DNA of 64,000 nucleotides from Macrostomum lignano (Eukaryota). This document shows, piece by piece, positions 11,078 to 24,906 of this stretch. Each line of letters opens with the position of its first letter. Position 1 is the stretch's first letter. The stretch lies in NCBI GenBank assembly GCA_002269645.1, contig NIVC01001140.1, positions 52,242-116,241 on the forward strand. Direction: 5' to 3'. A program made the position numbers and the translations under genes. The notes below the pieces were generated by a model. That model made no database searches. It saw only the letters and a program-made list of their open reading frames with translations, and had not been told where the DNA came from.

Positions 11078-14000
11078 AATTTTTTCAGACCAGGCCCTTA
11101 GTGCGGACTTGACGGTCTGAACGGCCCTTTCTGCGGCTCCATTCGCCTGCGGGTAATAGGTGGGTGACTCGAGCTTCTTGGCACCATTGGCGCGGAGCCA
11201 CGATGTGAGCACTTCAGTGGTGAACTCTGGGGCGTTGTCCGAAACCACCAGCTCGGGGACGCCGAACCGTGTGAATACGGTACGCAGGCACTGAATGACT
11301 GAATCAGCTGTGCGATCGCAGCAAGGAAAGGCTTCTATCCAGCCGGAAAAGGAATCCACGATGACCAGGATGTTTCCAGCGCCTTTTACGTATGCCCAGT
11401 CCATGTGTACTCGCTGGAACGGATACGTTGATGGAGGCCAGCGATCCCTGTCGTGGCCGAGTTGAGGCCGAAGCCTGCAGCAGTCTGGACAGCGTCGAAC
11501 AAACTGGGCAACGTCCTGTTGCATTCCGGGCCACCAGCAGCTAGTAGACATTAGACTGTGCGCTGCATGCATGCCCGTGTGCGTGTCGTGAATGGCATCG
11601 AACGCGGCCTTGCGCAGTCTTGGTGGAATGAAGACTCTTCTTTGCATGTAGAGTAGTCCATTTTCTAGCGTTAGTTTGTTTGAGACTTTTTTGAACTGCG
11701 CTTCTGCCTGGCTGCAGTTTCGCCAATCGCCTTGGCGGACGCGATTGAGAATTCTCTGGGTGAGCGCGTCTAACTCCATCTCCGCTGTGATTCGTTTAGC
11801 GTCGATCACAGGTGATTCAAATGCGATTGAATTAATCGTCTCGAATGTGGCCTTGTCGTCTGATGAGCTGTCATCGAATCTGAGTCTGGATAAGGCATCT
11901 ACGTGTGGAATGCTACTGCCACGTGCATACTGAATTCGGTAATCAAACTGCATCAGGTACAAGGCCCAGCGTCCGATTCGGGCTGAGGCATCCACTGGGA
12001 CGCCGGATCCGGAGCCAAAAAGTCGGATGAGCGGTTGATGGTCTGTGCGTATTGTGAATGGTCGGCCATGGAAGTAGTGCTTCAAGCGTGCGATGGCCCA
12101 AACAATAGCCAAGGCCTCCCGCTCGATGTTAGAATAATTGGATTCAGCGGAGGACAGGCTACGTGAAACGTATATCACGGGATGGCCATCTTGTGTTGCC
12201 ACGGCGGCGAGGGCTCCTTTGGAAGCATCAGTGGTCAGCGTCAGTTCCTTTGTCAAGCTGTAGGGCTGGACCACAGGCGCTGAAGCGATTTCCAGCTTTA
12301 GGCTCTCGAACGCTTTGGAACACTCCTCCGACCACACGAACGGAACGCTTGCTTGTCGTAGTCTATTAAGCGGTGCAGCTTTGCCTGCAAAGTTTGGGAT
12401 GAGGCGGCCGAAGAAGTTTACCAAGCCAAGAAAGTGAGCGAGCTCTGATTTATTTGCTGGCGGGCACACATGGCGAATTTTCTCCACTAGGCGATCATCG
12501 GGCTGAATACCAGCCGCAGATATTCGGAAGCCCAAGAACGAAACCGAATCGCAATAGCTGATGCTTTTCGCTTCGTTGATAGTCACGCGCTTCTCAGATA
12601 GACGCGTTCGCACAGCAGCGAGGCGCTTCTCCAGCGTGGGTTTGTCTGGCGCGTGAATGAGAATGTCGTCTTGGTAGATAAGCAGTCCTTTGATGTCTTC
12701 CATGGTGCGTTGGAAGATGAAGGAGGCGTTCTTCATCCCCATTTGCAGCCGATTGACACGATAGAGCCCGCGGGACGTGTTTATTACCGATAGGTCTCTC
12801 GCGGCTTCATCAAGCTCGATCTGCCAGTACGCCGAACGTAGATCGACTGTGGCGAAAGTTTTGGCGTTCTTTAGCTTGGAGAACATGGTCTCGATGTGTG
12901 GAATGGGATATGAGTCTGATTTGATCTTCGAATTGACGTGCACGCTGTAGTCCGCGCACATGCGGAGAGTTCCATCCTTCTTCTTTACCCACACTACGGG
13001 TGAAGCGTTACTAACCGGACCCTCTGTTGGCTCGATGACACCAAGTTGGTGGAGGCGATCCAGTTCTGCGCTGATTTGGCTTTCTAGGGCGAGTGGCACA
13101 GCACGAGCGCGGCAAAATTGTGGTTTAGCACCGTCCACCAGTTCCATTCGGGCCTTAACGCCTCGGATACAGGGCAGAGGTTCGACGGCAATTTTTTCTG
13201 CTTGAACATCGCTGGCATGGAAGACACCGTCAGACTCGAGGAGGTCGCGGCCAAGCAACCCGTACGTCTTTTCCGAAGAGACTACAATCAGTTCCACTGG
13301 TTGAAGGCGTCCTCGTAGCTCCACAGTTGCAGTCACTTTACCAAGCGATTTCATGACGTGCCCGTCGAAGGCCTCCAAGCGCCGATTGGAACGCATTAGT
13401 GGTGGCTTACCCAGCAGAGCCCATTGCGCACTGGAGAGCACGGAGACTGATGCTCCCGTGTCGATCTGCATTTTGAAGGGCTTATCGTTGATGCGCACAG
13501 TCTCCATAGATACTTCGATCGAATTGAGCGCATCGATGAGATGCAGTACGTCTGTTTTTTGTTGGGCGGAATCTAATCCTCCTCACCAGTAGTCGTGTAG
13601 TGCATGGATCGAGACTTACAAACAGTACTGAAGTGGTTTTTCTTTCCACACTTGGAGCAGCTTTTTCCGAAAGCGGGGCATCTGCCTTCGGGGTGTGACT
13701 TGCCACAGTACCGACAGGCGCTGATTGTGCGACGAGAGCTTGCATGCTGCGATGTCTCAGGCCAACCGGATTGAGCGTAATTAAGGGTGGCTTCGTAGGT
13801 GCATGGTGATTTAGATTGGCCGGTTGCCTTGTCCATCTGCCTGGCGACGAAGCCATCGACTTGCTCTAGGTTGCGTATGAAGTCCGTGATTTCTGAGACG
13901 GACATCAGTTTCAGCTGCATTGCTTCGAGTACGCGCTGCTGCTCCCGGCTATCGCGCAGTCCTGCGATGAGTGCCGTACTGATTAGCTCCTCGGAAGGGC

Positions 14001-14625
14001 TTCTGCATGCCTTGAGGTCGTCGAACTTGCAGTCAGTGGCCGCCTGGCGAAGACGACTGACGAAATCAGAAATGCTTTCTCCTTGCAGTTGTTGCGTCTT
14101 GAAGAATCGCGCGCGCTCAGCGATTATCAGTTTCTCTTTGGGGCGCAGATACGTGACAAATGTCGTCTGAATATCCTCGAATGAGAGCTCCGTGAGTGGG
14201 CGTGGCGACACCGGACTCTGCAGCTTTTCAAGCGCGGTGAGTCCACAGATAGCGAGAAAGTTGTCAGCGATCGTTTTTCTTTCGGTTGAATCAGACCAGC
14301 CTTTCGCTCTGGCCAGCGCTTGAAAGGCAGTCAGCCAAACCTGTGCTCGGTCAGGTTTATCCAGCGGCAGTTCGCCGAGCTGCGACGCCATTGTTGTGAA
14401 TTGAACTCCGGCTGAAGTATTTAACTCATGAGCTTAAGATTCTTTATATTTCTTATTTGAAAGAGATCAAAAAGGTGAGCTCTAGCAACTTTGGGCTGGG
14501 TTAGTTACCATAGAAGAAACTGTAGCGATAGAATGCTTAGAGGCGATTAGTGCAAACAAACGGCATTGAATAACGAACTTGAACTTATATAAACTATAGT
14601 GCATCTCAGTGTGCGATACACCACA
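11078..14625 (-). mobile_element. Gypsy-A copy 2, 3'-truncated inside integrase (no PPT or 3' LTR); gag 13573-14391, pol 11063-13507, 5' LTR 14392-14625
   Basis: The pol ORF matches copy 3 up to ...RAWSEKI and then ends LVIL* in flanking DNA; AATT junction. Confidence 0.95.
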
Positions 14626-15068
14626 AAAATACATGTATTAAAACAAAATGTTTTTCTTAGAAACGCGAGGATTTAAAAAGGCATAAAAGTAAGATTTGAT
14701 CACGTAAAAAGATAAAGATAAGTGTGGTAGAGCCCCCCCCTGCGTGAGACCCCCTGCTCCCCTCCTCGATGACCAAAAGTGCTTCCTAAGTTCCTTCTCT
14801 GATCCCGCGCGTGGCCCTTTCCCTTTTGGGGCCCTTCTTTTCCCTCCTTTGGTATTATCCTTTGGATAATCTGAAATATACTAAATCTCTAAGGTTTGTA
14901 TGCTTGAATGACCATAACGATCCAGAGACTTATTAACTACTATAAATATTAAGTGGTTGATTAGGCCTTACCTAGGCCTTATATTGGTAGTTGATTAAAG
15001 TGTGCATAGGAAACAGTTTGTTATAGGCTTAGTTTGTATACTTAATTTTCTGTATGGGAACTGATCAA

Positions 15069-15923
15069 GGTATCCACGCTTTTCGGTGCCTGTGCTTTTC
15101 GGTGCCCGTCATTTCGGTGCCCCAGGTCGCTTTTCGGTGCCCAAATTAAACATTAGAATTGGACACAAAATATAGAGATTGAGCTCTAATTTAGCAGTAA
15201 GTGCTTTGTCTTTGCGGTACTCTTATTTACTTTAAAAAATAAAGTATTATTCATTTAGTTAAGCTGACCTGCTGTTTTAGTGAATTCAAAAAAATGGTTT
15301 TCGATTAGGCCTACTCGATTCGATTTACTTCCATGTCGCTATAGCCGCGCGTCTCAGCCGCGTCAAAATTTTAAACTAATGCCCTAAATGCGCTTGTAAT
15401 AAAATCTTATAGATTATGGTCCAAGAGTTATGCCCAAAAAGATTTCAGTTCATTAAATAATACTCGCTACATTATCCTAGGCAGTTTTATGAAATAAAAC
15501 ATGATCGGGTGATTCAAAAAATCAATACTAACTAAAATACATGTAGACTTGTCACATTTCATAATTTCGATCAAAACTACATGTAGCATTGTTGATGGAT
15601 TTTAACTTTCCTAACTAAGTCTTCATAGCACTAGCACGCTTGCTGAGGGCAGCCAGCTTATATTGTATATACAGGATACAGCAACTGTGTGCAATTAAAT
15701 TGAACGGATTTTTCCAATGTAAAGAAACGTGCCAGTTTAACAAAATTAATACTGCTTTTATTTAAAATATCGAACGTTTTGTAAAGTATTTATCATATTT
15801 GTTATAGGATTTCTTTTTTATTATCATCATTTTGGCGTAATATAAACTGGGGCACCGAAAGGCAATCTGGGGCACCGAAATGCCGGGCACCGAAAAGCAC
15901 GGGCACCGAAATGCATGGAAACC
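15069..15923. mobile_element. MITE-1, copy 2
   Basis: Same TIRs and CTGATCAA TSD as 3514-4368. Confidence 0.88.
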
Positions 15924-16748
15924 CTGATCAAAAGGGCGATAGTCGACAGATCAAAAGGGCGACAGTTAAAAGGGTGACAGTCAAAAGGGCTTTCATTCCC
16001 TTATTTTTGTTTATTTAAAATTTTTAGTTTGACCTGTTTTAGGTGTTTATATGCATAAAGAAACCAGGACATATATGATATGGTAAATAAATATCCTTGA
16101 TAATTTCTTTGAATTGCTGAGCACTCACAATTAGCTTAACAACTTACAAAAGTAGCAAAAAATAATAGATAGAAATAGAAAAAATTGCTGCTATTTCTAG
16201 AAAATGCTACTCTTTTGTATTAAATGTTTCACTGGTTTGTTGCTAGCTATTGTTTCCAATAGATTTAACAATAGACAAAAATATTTGAACTAATAAGCCA
16301 TTTTTTCTATAGGTTCATCATGTTTGAGGGCAGATAAGGAATGCATTCCATAAGTGTCGTGTCTATTTTTCCTTTATAATAACTTGCAGTTACATAAAGT
16401 CCTAGTACTAAAATTATTTAAAAATAGCACAATCAGATTTTATTAATATTATTTTTTTATTTGTACTCCCATCATCTTTTAACTGCAACCTTTATTTGAA
16501 ATGTTGATACCTTTGTTATAGAAACTGACAATACTTGCATTTTTAAATAGCTTTTTTATACTACTTTTTGTACACCAAATGCAAAATTATTATATATACA
16601 ATATGCCAAATGCAATTTTTGAAGATTTGAGCATGCCAAATGAACTATAAAGAGCTAATGCATACTGGAATTTTGAAGCAAAAAGGCCACCTTCCTGACT
16701 ATGGCATATATATTCATGTTTATTTTCTATTACCAACTTTCTAAGGTC

Positions 16749-17734
16749 CAGTGTTGGGTACCAGTCTTAATAAATATTAAATCTTAATGCTTAATAATTA
16801 TGCTTATTAACAGATTAAGTCTAAAGAGAAGTTATATATATAGCAATAGAAATATATTCAAATTTACCTAAATGCCATAGTTTGGGAAGTGACATATATG
16901 CCAAGAAATCCTAGTATACAACAAGGATCTTACCATTTTCAGCGTATATCAGGATATATCCTAGTTTATATGACATAGCAGATACATTGTGTCAAATGGC
17001 TTGAATTTTTTGTATTGGTGCACAAACTTGGCATATAAATGAGGTCTCATCATTTTTTATGGTATTTAGTGTTTACTAGTACACATTCCTAACAATGGCC
17101 TAAATGATTTATTAATCTCTTTGTTTATGAAGATCATCATGCAAATGTAATAACTTCTTACTAATAAACTTTAATTATGAATTAAACTTGTGAAATTTAA
17201 TTATTGCTTGTGTGTAAACATTGATTGCTTTGATTCACTTCTTTCTTAATCTTTCATAACTTTCTGCTGCACTTGCTAATGCTTCTGCAACAACCTTCCT
17301 ATTCATATTTTATTATTATACTCATCTAATCAGTTTTCAAGTTCCAAAAAAATAAGTTACTTCTTTTACTATATGCCTAGCCTACTTTTAGTAGTATTAC
17401 ATACCTACAAGTTTTTACAATTTTCATGTATTACTTTTTAGCTTGTAAATTGCTTGGATGACCTCTGTGTTTTTCTCACATATAAAGATGATAAAAAGTT
17501 GCTAAAAAGATAGAAAAGCAAAGACAGTGCATTATGAAGTCTGTTTTGAAAAAAAACTGCAAGATTTTTGTATTTTCTATGTTAACTTTAATGGATTAAC
17601 ACTCATTTACTCTTATCTATTAACTACTTTCAGTTAACTTAACAAAATTAAGAGTTAATAAGTTAAGATTTTTATGTTTTAATGCTTTAGCCCTTAATAG
17701 AAGTTAAGATTTTTATTAACAGTGCCCAACACTA
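16749..17734. mobile_element. MITE-2 (hAT-like), copy 2
   Basis: Same termini and flanks as 5194-6179. Confidence 0.6.
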
Positions 17735-18304
17735 GTAAGGTGTTAAATATCTTGAGGTATTAAGGTCTTTAATCTTTTTTAAATCATTTAACATTGAGAT
17801 TTTGAACTTATTGTTATGAAAATATGAATGTCTAAGTGGTATTAGTAATACATTGTGAGTGGGCCTTATGCCATAGGCATACAACTCTACAACCAAAAGC
17901 CAGCATATACAATATACATACTACTAGTGCTATTACAGTATGTCATAACATTATAACAATGCAATGACAAGGATAATAATGGAAAAATATCAATCCTAGG
18001 ATAATCCTATCGACCTATCCTAGCATCTCAGATTTGATATTTTCTAATCCCAGGATCCTAGGTTTGAGGGAACATCTAGGATTTTGTGACCCCTAAGTGT
18101 TCATAACAATTATAATTATTTCAATATTACACACATTTAAACAAATTAAAAACTTTAAAATGAGTTTTTTAAAGAATTGTTTATGGGAATAAGGCCTATT
18201 GCATACGTTTTTATTACCTCCCCGCTCCTATTTTTGACTTTGATTTTTTAAATGGCTATACAACATCTACATTTTATTTCATTGCTTTAACTGCTTATTG
18301 ATTG

Positions 18305-21155
18305 ATGCAGCCGAACACTGGCACCCAGGCCGACTCAGGCTCCTCTCAGAGTGAGCCCGAGTGCATCAGTCAGACCAGGGAGCAGCGGCAGCAGTCAACC
18401 TACCTGGATGAGAAAATCGCGGTGCCCCAGCCCGGCCAGGAGGTGTTCTCCCTGCGCAAGCTGTGGGCATACACGGGACCGGGCTTTCTCATGAGCATCG
18501 CTTACCTGGATCCTGGGAATATTGAGAGCGACCTTCAAACTGGCACCTTGGCCAGGTTCGACCTGCTGTGGCTGCTGCTGCTGGCGCACATCTTGGGGCT
18601 CCTCATGCAGCGGCTGGCCGCCAGGCTTGGCGTGGTCAGCGGCTGCAACCTGGCGGAGGCTGCGTCCGAGTTTTACCCAGCTGTGCCCCGCTTCCTGCTC
18701 TGGCTCATGGTTGAGGTGAGAAGTGCTTGTGTACTGTGTGTGAGCTCATGGTTGAGGTGAGAAGTGCTTGTGTACTGTGTGTGAGCTCATGGTTGAGGTG
18801 AGAAGTGCTTGTGTACTGTGTGTGAGCTCATGGTTGAGGTGAGCAGTGCTTGTGTACTGTGTGTGAGCTCATGGTTGAGGTGAGCAGTGCTTGTGTACTG
18901 TGTGTGAGCTCATGGTTGAGGTGAGCAGTGCTTGTGTACTGTGTATGAGCTCATGGTTGAGGTGAGCAATGCTTGTGTACTGTGTGTGAGCTCATGGTTG
19001 AGGTGAGCAGTGCTTGTGTACTGTGTATGAGCTCATGGTTGAGGTGAGCAATGCTTGTGTACTGTGTGAGCTCATGGTTGAGGTGAGCAGTGCTGCAATC
19101 AGTGAGCAGTGCTGCAATCAGTGAGCAGTGCTGCAATCAGTGAGCAGTGCTGCAATCAGTGAGCAGTGCTGCAATCAGTGAGCAGTGCTGCAATCAGTGA
19201 GCAGTGCTGCAATCAGTGAGCAGTGCTGCAATCAGTGAGAAGTGCTGCAATCAGTGAGCAGTGCTGCAATCAGTGAGCAGTGCTGCAATCAGTGAGCAGT
19301 GCTGCAATCAGTGAGCAGTGCTGCAATCAGTGAGCAGTGCTGCAATCAGTGAGCAGTGCTGCAATCAGTGAGAAGTGCTGCAATCAGTGAGCAGTGCTGC
19401 AATCAGTGAGCAGTGCTGCAATCAGTGAGCAGTGCTGCAATCAGTGAGCAGTGCTGCAATCAGTGAGCAGTGCTGCAATCAGTGAGCAGTGCTGCAATCA
19501 GTGAGCAGTGCTGCTTGCAGTGTGCTGTGACCTCACTATGGATCAATGACGTCATCCATAAAGTCGCTGGTCAGTGCCAGTCTGAAAGCAGCAATGCCAT
19601 GCAGCCATCCCTTGCCCTCCATAGGTGGCTATTGTGGGCTCGGACATGCAAGAGGTGATCGGGACGGCCATCGCCCTTAACCTGCTGAGCAACGGGGCGA
19701 TCCCGCTGTGGGCCGGCGTGCTCATTACCATTGTCGACACCTTCACATTCCTGCTGCTGGACAAGTACGGCCTGCGCCGCCTAGAGGCCTTTTTCGGCTT
19801 TCTCATCCTCACCATGGCCGTCACGTTCGGCTACGAGTACGTGGTGGTGCAGCCCGACCAGCGGCAGGTGCTGCGCGGCCTGGTGGTGCCGGGGTGCCGC
19901 GGCTGCGGGGGCCGTCAGCTGCTGCAGGCGGTGGGCACCATCGGAGCGGTGATCATGCCGCACAACATCTACCTGCACAGCGCCCTCGTGCAGTCGCGTG
20001 ACGTGAACAGGCAAGACAGGCGGGCGGTGCGTGAGGCCAACAAGTACTTCTTCGTGGAGTCCTCCATCGCTCTGTTCGTGTCCTTTCTCATCAACCTGTT
20101 CGTGGTGTCCGTGTTCGCCCAGGGTTACAGCGAGCAGGCCATGAGTGCCATCTACAACTCCTGTGTGGCCAACGACAATCCGCATGCCGACATCTTCAGC
20201 GGTGAGGAGGCCGTTTTTGTGAATGTCTTTTTTAGAAAAAATGCTTTAACTGCCACTCAAACGAACAATAACGCACTGTATAAAGCTGCTGCTGCTTGTC
20301 TTCTCCAGAAAGTACTCCTAGTACTCCTAGAAATTCCTAGTTTATAGTTTCTTTTTTTTTGAAATTCTATGCCTCAGCGTTAATTTGAAACTTATATGTA
20401 GTTTTCTCAGCAACCTTGAAGCTTTACAAATGTCCAATTGTGGTAAATTTTCAGGCAACTCCAGCAAGCTGGATATGGACATCTACCGGGGCGGCGTCTT
20501 CCTCGGCTGCCAGTTCGGCCTGGCCTGCATGTACATCTGGGCGGTGGGCATCCTGGCTGCTGGCCAGTCCTCCACCATGACCGGCACCTACGCGGGCCAG
20601 TTCGTCATGGAGGGCTTCCTGCGGCTGCGCTGGAAGCGCTGGCAGCGGGTGCTGCTCACTCGCTCCTTGGCCATCGCCCCCACCGTCCTGCTGGCCGCCC
20701 TCACCGACATCAACCGGCTCACCGGCCTCAACGATCTGCTGAACGTACTCATGTCCCAGCAGCTGCCGTTCGCCCTCATCCCCATCCTCACTTTCACGGC
20801 TTCAGGCCGCTACATGAGCGAGTTCCGTAACCACCCTGTCATCAGCCTGCTGGCTGCGCTGCTCTCTGCCGCCGTGGTGGCCATCAACGTCTTCTTCATG
20901 GCGGTGTTCGTGCAGCAGCTGCCGCAGGTGTGGTACGTTCTGGCACCTTTAGGCCTGGCCTGCCTGCTGTACTTCTGCTTCATCATCTACCTGGTGGTCC
21001 TGGCCTGCGCGGAGATTTTCCCAGTCTGCTGCGGCCGGCTCGGGGATCGTTGCCGCGGCCGCGGTGGTCAGCAGTTGCTCGGCAGCGGTGGCGACTCCGA
21101 GATTGTGGAGCCGCTGCTGGGAGACAGTGAGCTGGCCGGAGGGACCGCGACTTGA
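18305..21155 (+). CDS. SLC11A2: NRAMP/SLC11 transporter, copy 2; exons 18305-18715, 19625-20201, 20455-21155
   Basis: Translation matches copy 1; splice sites intact. Confidence 0.95.
18703..19514. repeat. 41-bp donor-containing array plus 22 x 19-bp array, copy 2
   Basis: Intron 1 is 909 nt against 928 nt in copy 1, i.e. one 19-mer fewer. Confidence 0.95.
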
Positions 21156-23203
21156 GCGCAACTAAGCTGGTAATAGCAGCAGCTTATGGTTCGATTTTTA
21201 CCGGCTGTTACAGACATTATTTTTCATGCAAGGCAGTTGAACTGCGTACTTTAGATCTGTTTCAGTCTGTTTCTTTGCCTACTTGGAATGGTCTGCAACA
21301 GTTTTATGCAGAGGCAATTCAGTTCGCTTATAAGCAGTCAATTATTCGAAGGGTTTTGCTACCAACGTTCCTGCAATTCCGCTGAGGCAATTGGAATTCG
21401 GACCTCCGTACAGTTTCTCAGTACAGTATTGGAATATAACTGGGTGGTATTGAGGCGATTTTGTATGATGAGTTTAACCAGAGCTTCTAAATAATTATGA
21501 TGGCGCTTTAACGCTCAGCAGTCTGCACTTGAACTAAAAACACCCTCAATTGTTACAGCTGCGGTTTCAATTTTTGCAAGCTTTTTCAAGACTATAGTGA
21601 GGTCGAACAGCTGAGTAGCTTTTGTTTTCAGTAGACTTTGTTTTTATATCGTGTTGTTAAAGTTGTCTTATTGTTTTTCCGAGTCTCAGATTTATTATTA
21701 ATAGAGAGCTCCTCGTATATGTCCTGTAAACTGCAGACCACTTTTACTCCGGACTGTGGACTGTAAAAGTGCTGCATGTACTTTCGGTGAGTGTAATAAA
21801 CTGGTATCGTATTTTAGTGTACACAGCTTTCTGAGATTTATGAGCAGTGTGTGCTCTGAACGATAACCATAAATTATGAATAGAACTTGCTTTTTTCTTT
21901 GGCCCATTGCACCAGCGGGATCGACTAAAGCCTCGTAAAGACAAGCCTTTATCGAATTAGTTACAGCAAGCTGTTGCTGTGGAAGCAGTTTAAGTCGTTA
22001 ATTTATTGGTGCCTAGTAGTCAATAAGGCTTGCGCGCCTTGAACAATAGAGGAAAGACTAACAGAATTTATAGCTAGCATTATGTACGCTTGATCTTGCA
22101 ATAGTGCAACTGTACATGCGGAACATCTGAATGAATCAACTATCAGTAATAACTGATAACATTAAAATGCTCTATAAAACAGATAAATAACTCTCAGGCA
22201 TTCTTACAGGTAAAATAAATAACTAAAATGTGAATACTGAGATGAGTAATTAAAGCTTGTGGCTCAGCGAGGCTCTGCAGCCAGGAGTGGCGGCTGGTGG
22301 CAGAGCAGCGCCTCGGTCTGGCGCGACCAGAACAGCAGCAGGTCGGACCAGCAGTGGCGCATCCACAGCATGCCCAGCACAACGCACAGGTGCCAGTGGT
22401 TGTGGCTGTGGCCAGCGAAGTCGAAGCGGCCTTGGGTTGAAGAGACAGAAGGCATAATAAGAATATTGACTAGAGTTTTTGCCAAAAAGGGCAATATTTA
22501 AGCCGTCAATTTATTACCATAGAAATATGCAGTACACGATCGTAGCACAATGTTCTTTTAACAGCCTGATTTATTTTCAATGATCGACAAAAAAGCAACT
22601 TATAAAATGACCAAAATTAATAAAATATGAGCAGAATAATTTTTCTGTACATCTTATGTAGGTTTATATTTTAAATAGTAGTTTCTGAATACCAGACTCA
22701 GTATTGTTTTAGTTGATGATTAAGATAATAAGTGCTATCTTAATAGCACTTGATGGATAGCTATCGATAACTATTGTTTGATAACTAGCCTAAAGCAAAT
22801 ACCATGGACCACAGGGACAAACTTCATGAAGCAGCTGTCGACGCAAAATACACTGGTCTACTTTTACTTGGATGTAACAGGCATCACATATTTTGGTGAA
22901 AAATTATTCTCATAAGATTTTGTTTTGCAGTTAAAATTGAGACAAGTGGACTGAGTTTCACAAAATACTTGCATGAAATGTTTCGCATTTTAAAGCTGCT
23001 AATAATAATAAAGTAAATAATACTACACACGTGGTATGTGTAAGATGCTCTAAAATCTCATCTCAGACCATATATCCCATTGTGGAGTGCTCGAACGCAC
23101 TCAATGAAAGGTTAGACCGTTGCAATTTTAGATGCCAGCTCAAGCACTGGAATGGAGCCGGACCAAACCGAAAGCAGTCGATACCTTGCTGGACCAATCG
23201 ACC

Positions 23204-23992
23204 AGAAGCGCCGAGACATCATCCCACCCTAGAAGCGCCGAGACATCATCCCACCCTAGAAGCACCGAGACATCATCCCACCATAGAAGCGCCGAGACAT
23301 CATCCCACCCTAGAATCAACGAGACATCATCCCACCATAGAAGCACCGAGACATCATCCCACCCTAGAAGCGCCGAGACATCATCCCACCCTAGAAGCGC
23401 CGAGACATCATCCCACCATAGAAGCACCGAGACATCATCCCACCATAGAAGCACCGAGACATCATCCCACCCTAGAAGCGCCGAGACATCATCCCACCCT
23501 AGAAGCACCGAGACATCACCCCACCATAGAAGCACCGAGACATCATCCCACCCTAGAAGCGCCGAGACATCATCCCACCATAGAAGCGCCGAGACATCAT
23601 CCCACCCTAGAAGCGCCGAGACATCATCCCACCCTAGAAGCAACGAGACATCATCCCACCCTAGAAGCGCCGAGACATCATCCCACCCTAGAAGCGCCGA
23701 GACATCATCCCACCCTTGAAGCACTGAGACATCACCCCACCATAGAAGCACCGAGACATCATCCCACCATAGAAGCGCCGAGACATCATCCCACCATAGA
23801 AGCGCCGAGACATCATCCCACCCTAGAAGCGCCGAGACATCATCCCACCCTAGAAGCAACGAGACATCATCCCACCCTAGAAGCGCCGAGACATCATCCC
23901 ACCCTAGAAGCGCCGAGACATCATCCCACCCTTGAAGCGCCGAGACATCATTCCACCCTAGAAGCGCCGAGACATCACTCCACCCTAGAAGC
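23204..23992. repeat. 27-bp minisatellite (AGAAGCGCCGAGACATCATCCCACCCT), ~29 units, in PAQR intron 5
   Basis: Direct inspection; 9-aa periodicity (EAPRHHPTL) in the ORF track. Confidence 0.95.
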
Positions 23993-24593
23993 CGAGAATA
24001 GCAAAAAATCGTGAAGCAGCTTCAGAAAGAGTTTAAAGCAGACAATGAATTGGGTGGGACACTTGCAAACCAAGAATGGTCAAAGTGCAGACCATTGAAT
24101 GTACTGAGGCTTTATCTGAGAACAACGAGACAAATTCGAGCACCGAGTGATATCCTGATAGACTTCATGCGAACGTGTCTTCTTTTCTAGAGTCTTAAGT
24201 CGGCGTGAAATCTCAACATAATCGGTTTGGACGGGAGCTTTGAGTCAGGCTTCATTAGGGCCTGACATCGACTTAGTCAAAGGGCTTTGCTAGCAGTCCA
24301 CCAATAAATAAGATAGTGAAAACATCGCGCATTCTCACCTGGGAGGCAGCGCTCTGGAAACTGCGAGACATAGAAGCCGAAACCGAGCAGGCCGATTGCG
24401 TAAAGCGCAAGCACTTTGGGAAGAAAGTGCTGGAATGGGAAATTTCACTGCTTGTGTTCGCTGCATATATAATGGATAGTAAATTGGCTACAGGTCTGTG
24501 GGCACCCTGGCGCAACGCCTTTAGTGACATCAGGCAGCGCTGAGACGATTCTGCTGACTCCTAAGCACAGATATTGTTCAAGCGCGCCAATAC

Positions 24594-24906
24594 TGTACAC
24601 TCTGTGCCTTGGGGGTTGGCCCTCATGGCAAGCCCTCATTGATTTTCTAATCGCTGGGAATGTACACTCTGTGCCTTGGGGGTTGGCCCTCATGGCAAGC
24701 CCTCATTGATTTTCTAATCGCTGGGAATGTACACTCTGTGCCTTGGGGTTGGCCTTCATGGCAAGCCCTCATTGGCTTTCTAATCGCTGGAATGTACACT
24801 CTGTGCCTTGGGGGTTGGCCCTCATGGCAAGCCCTCATTGACTTTCTAATCGCTGGGAATGTACACTCTGTGCCTTGGGGGTTGGCCTTCATGGCAAGCC
24901 CTCATT
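24594..24906. repeat. 66/67-bp minisatellite, ~4.7 units, in PAQR intron 4
   Basis: Unit GTACACTCTGTGCCTTGGGGGTTGGCCCTCATGGCAAGCCCTCATTGACTTTCTAATCGCTGGGAAT. Confidence 0.95.
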
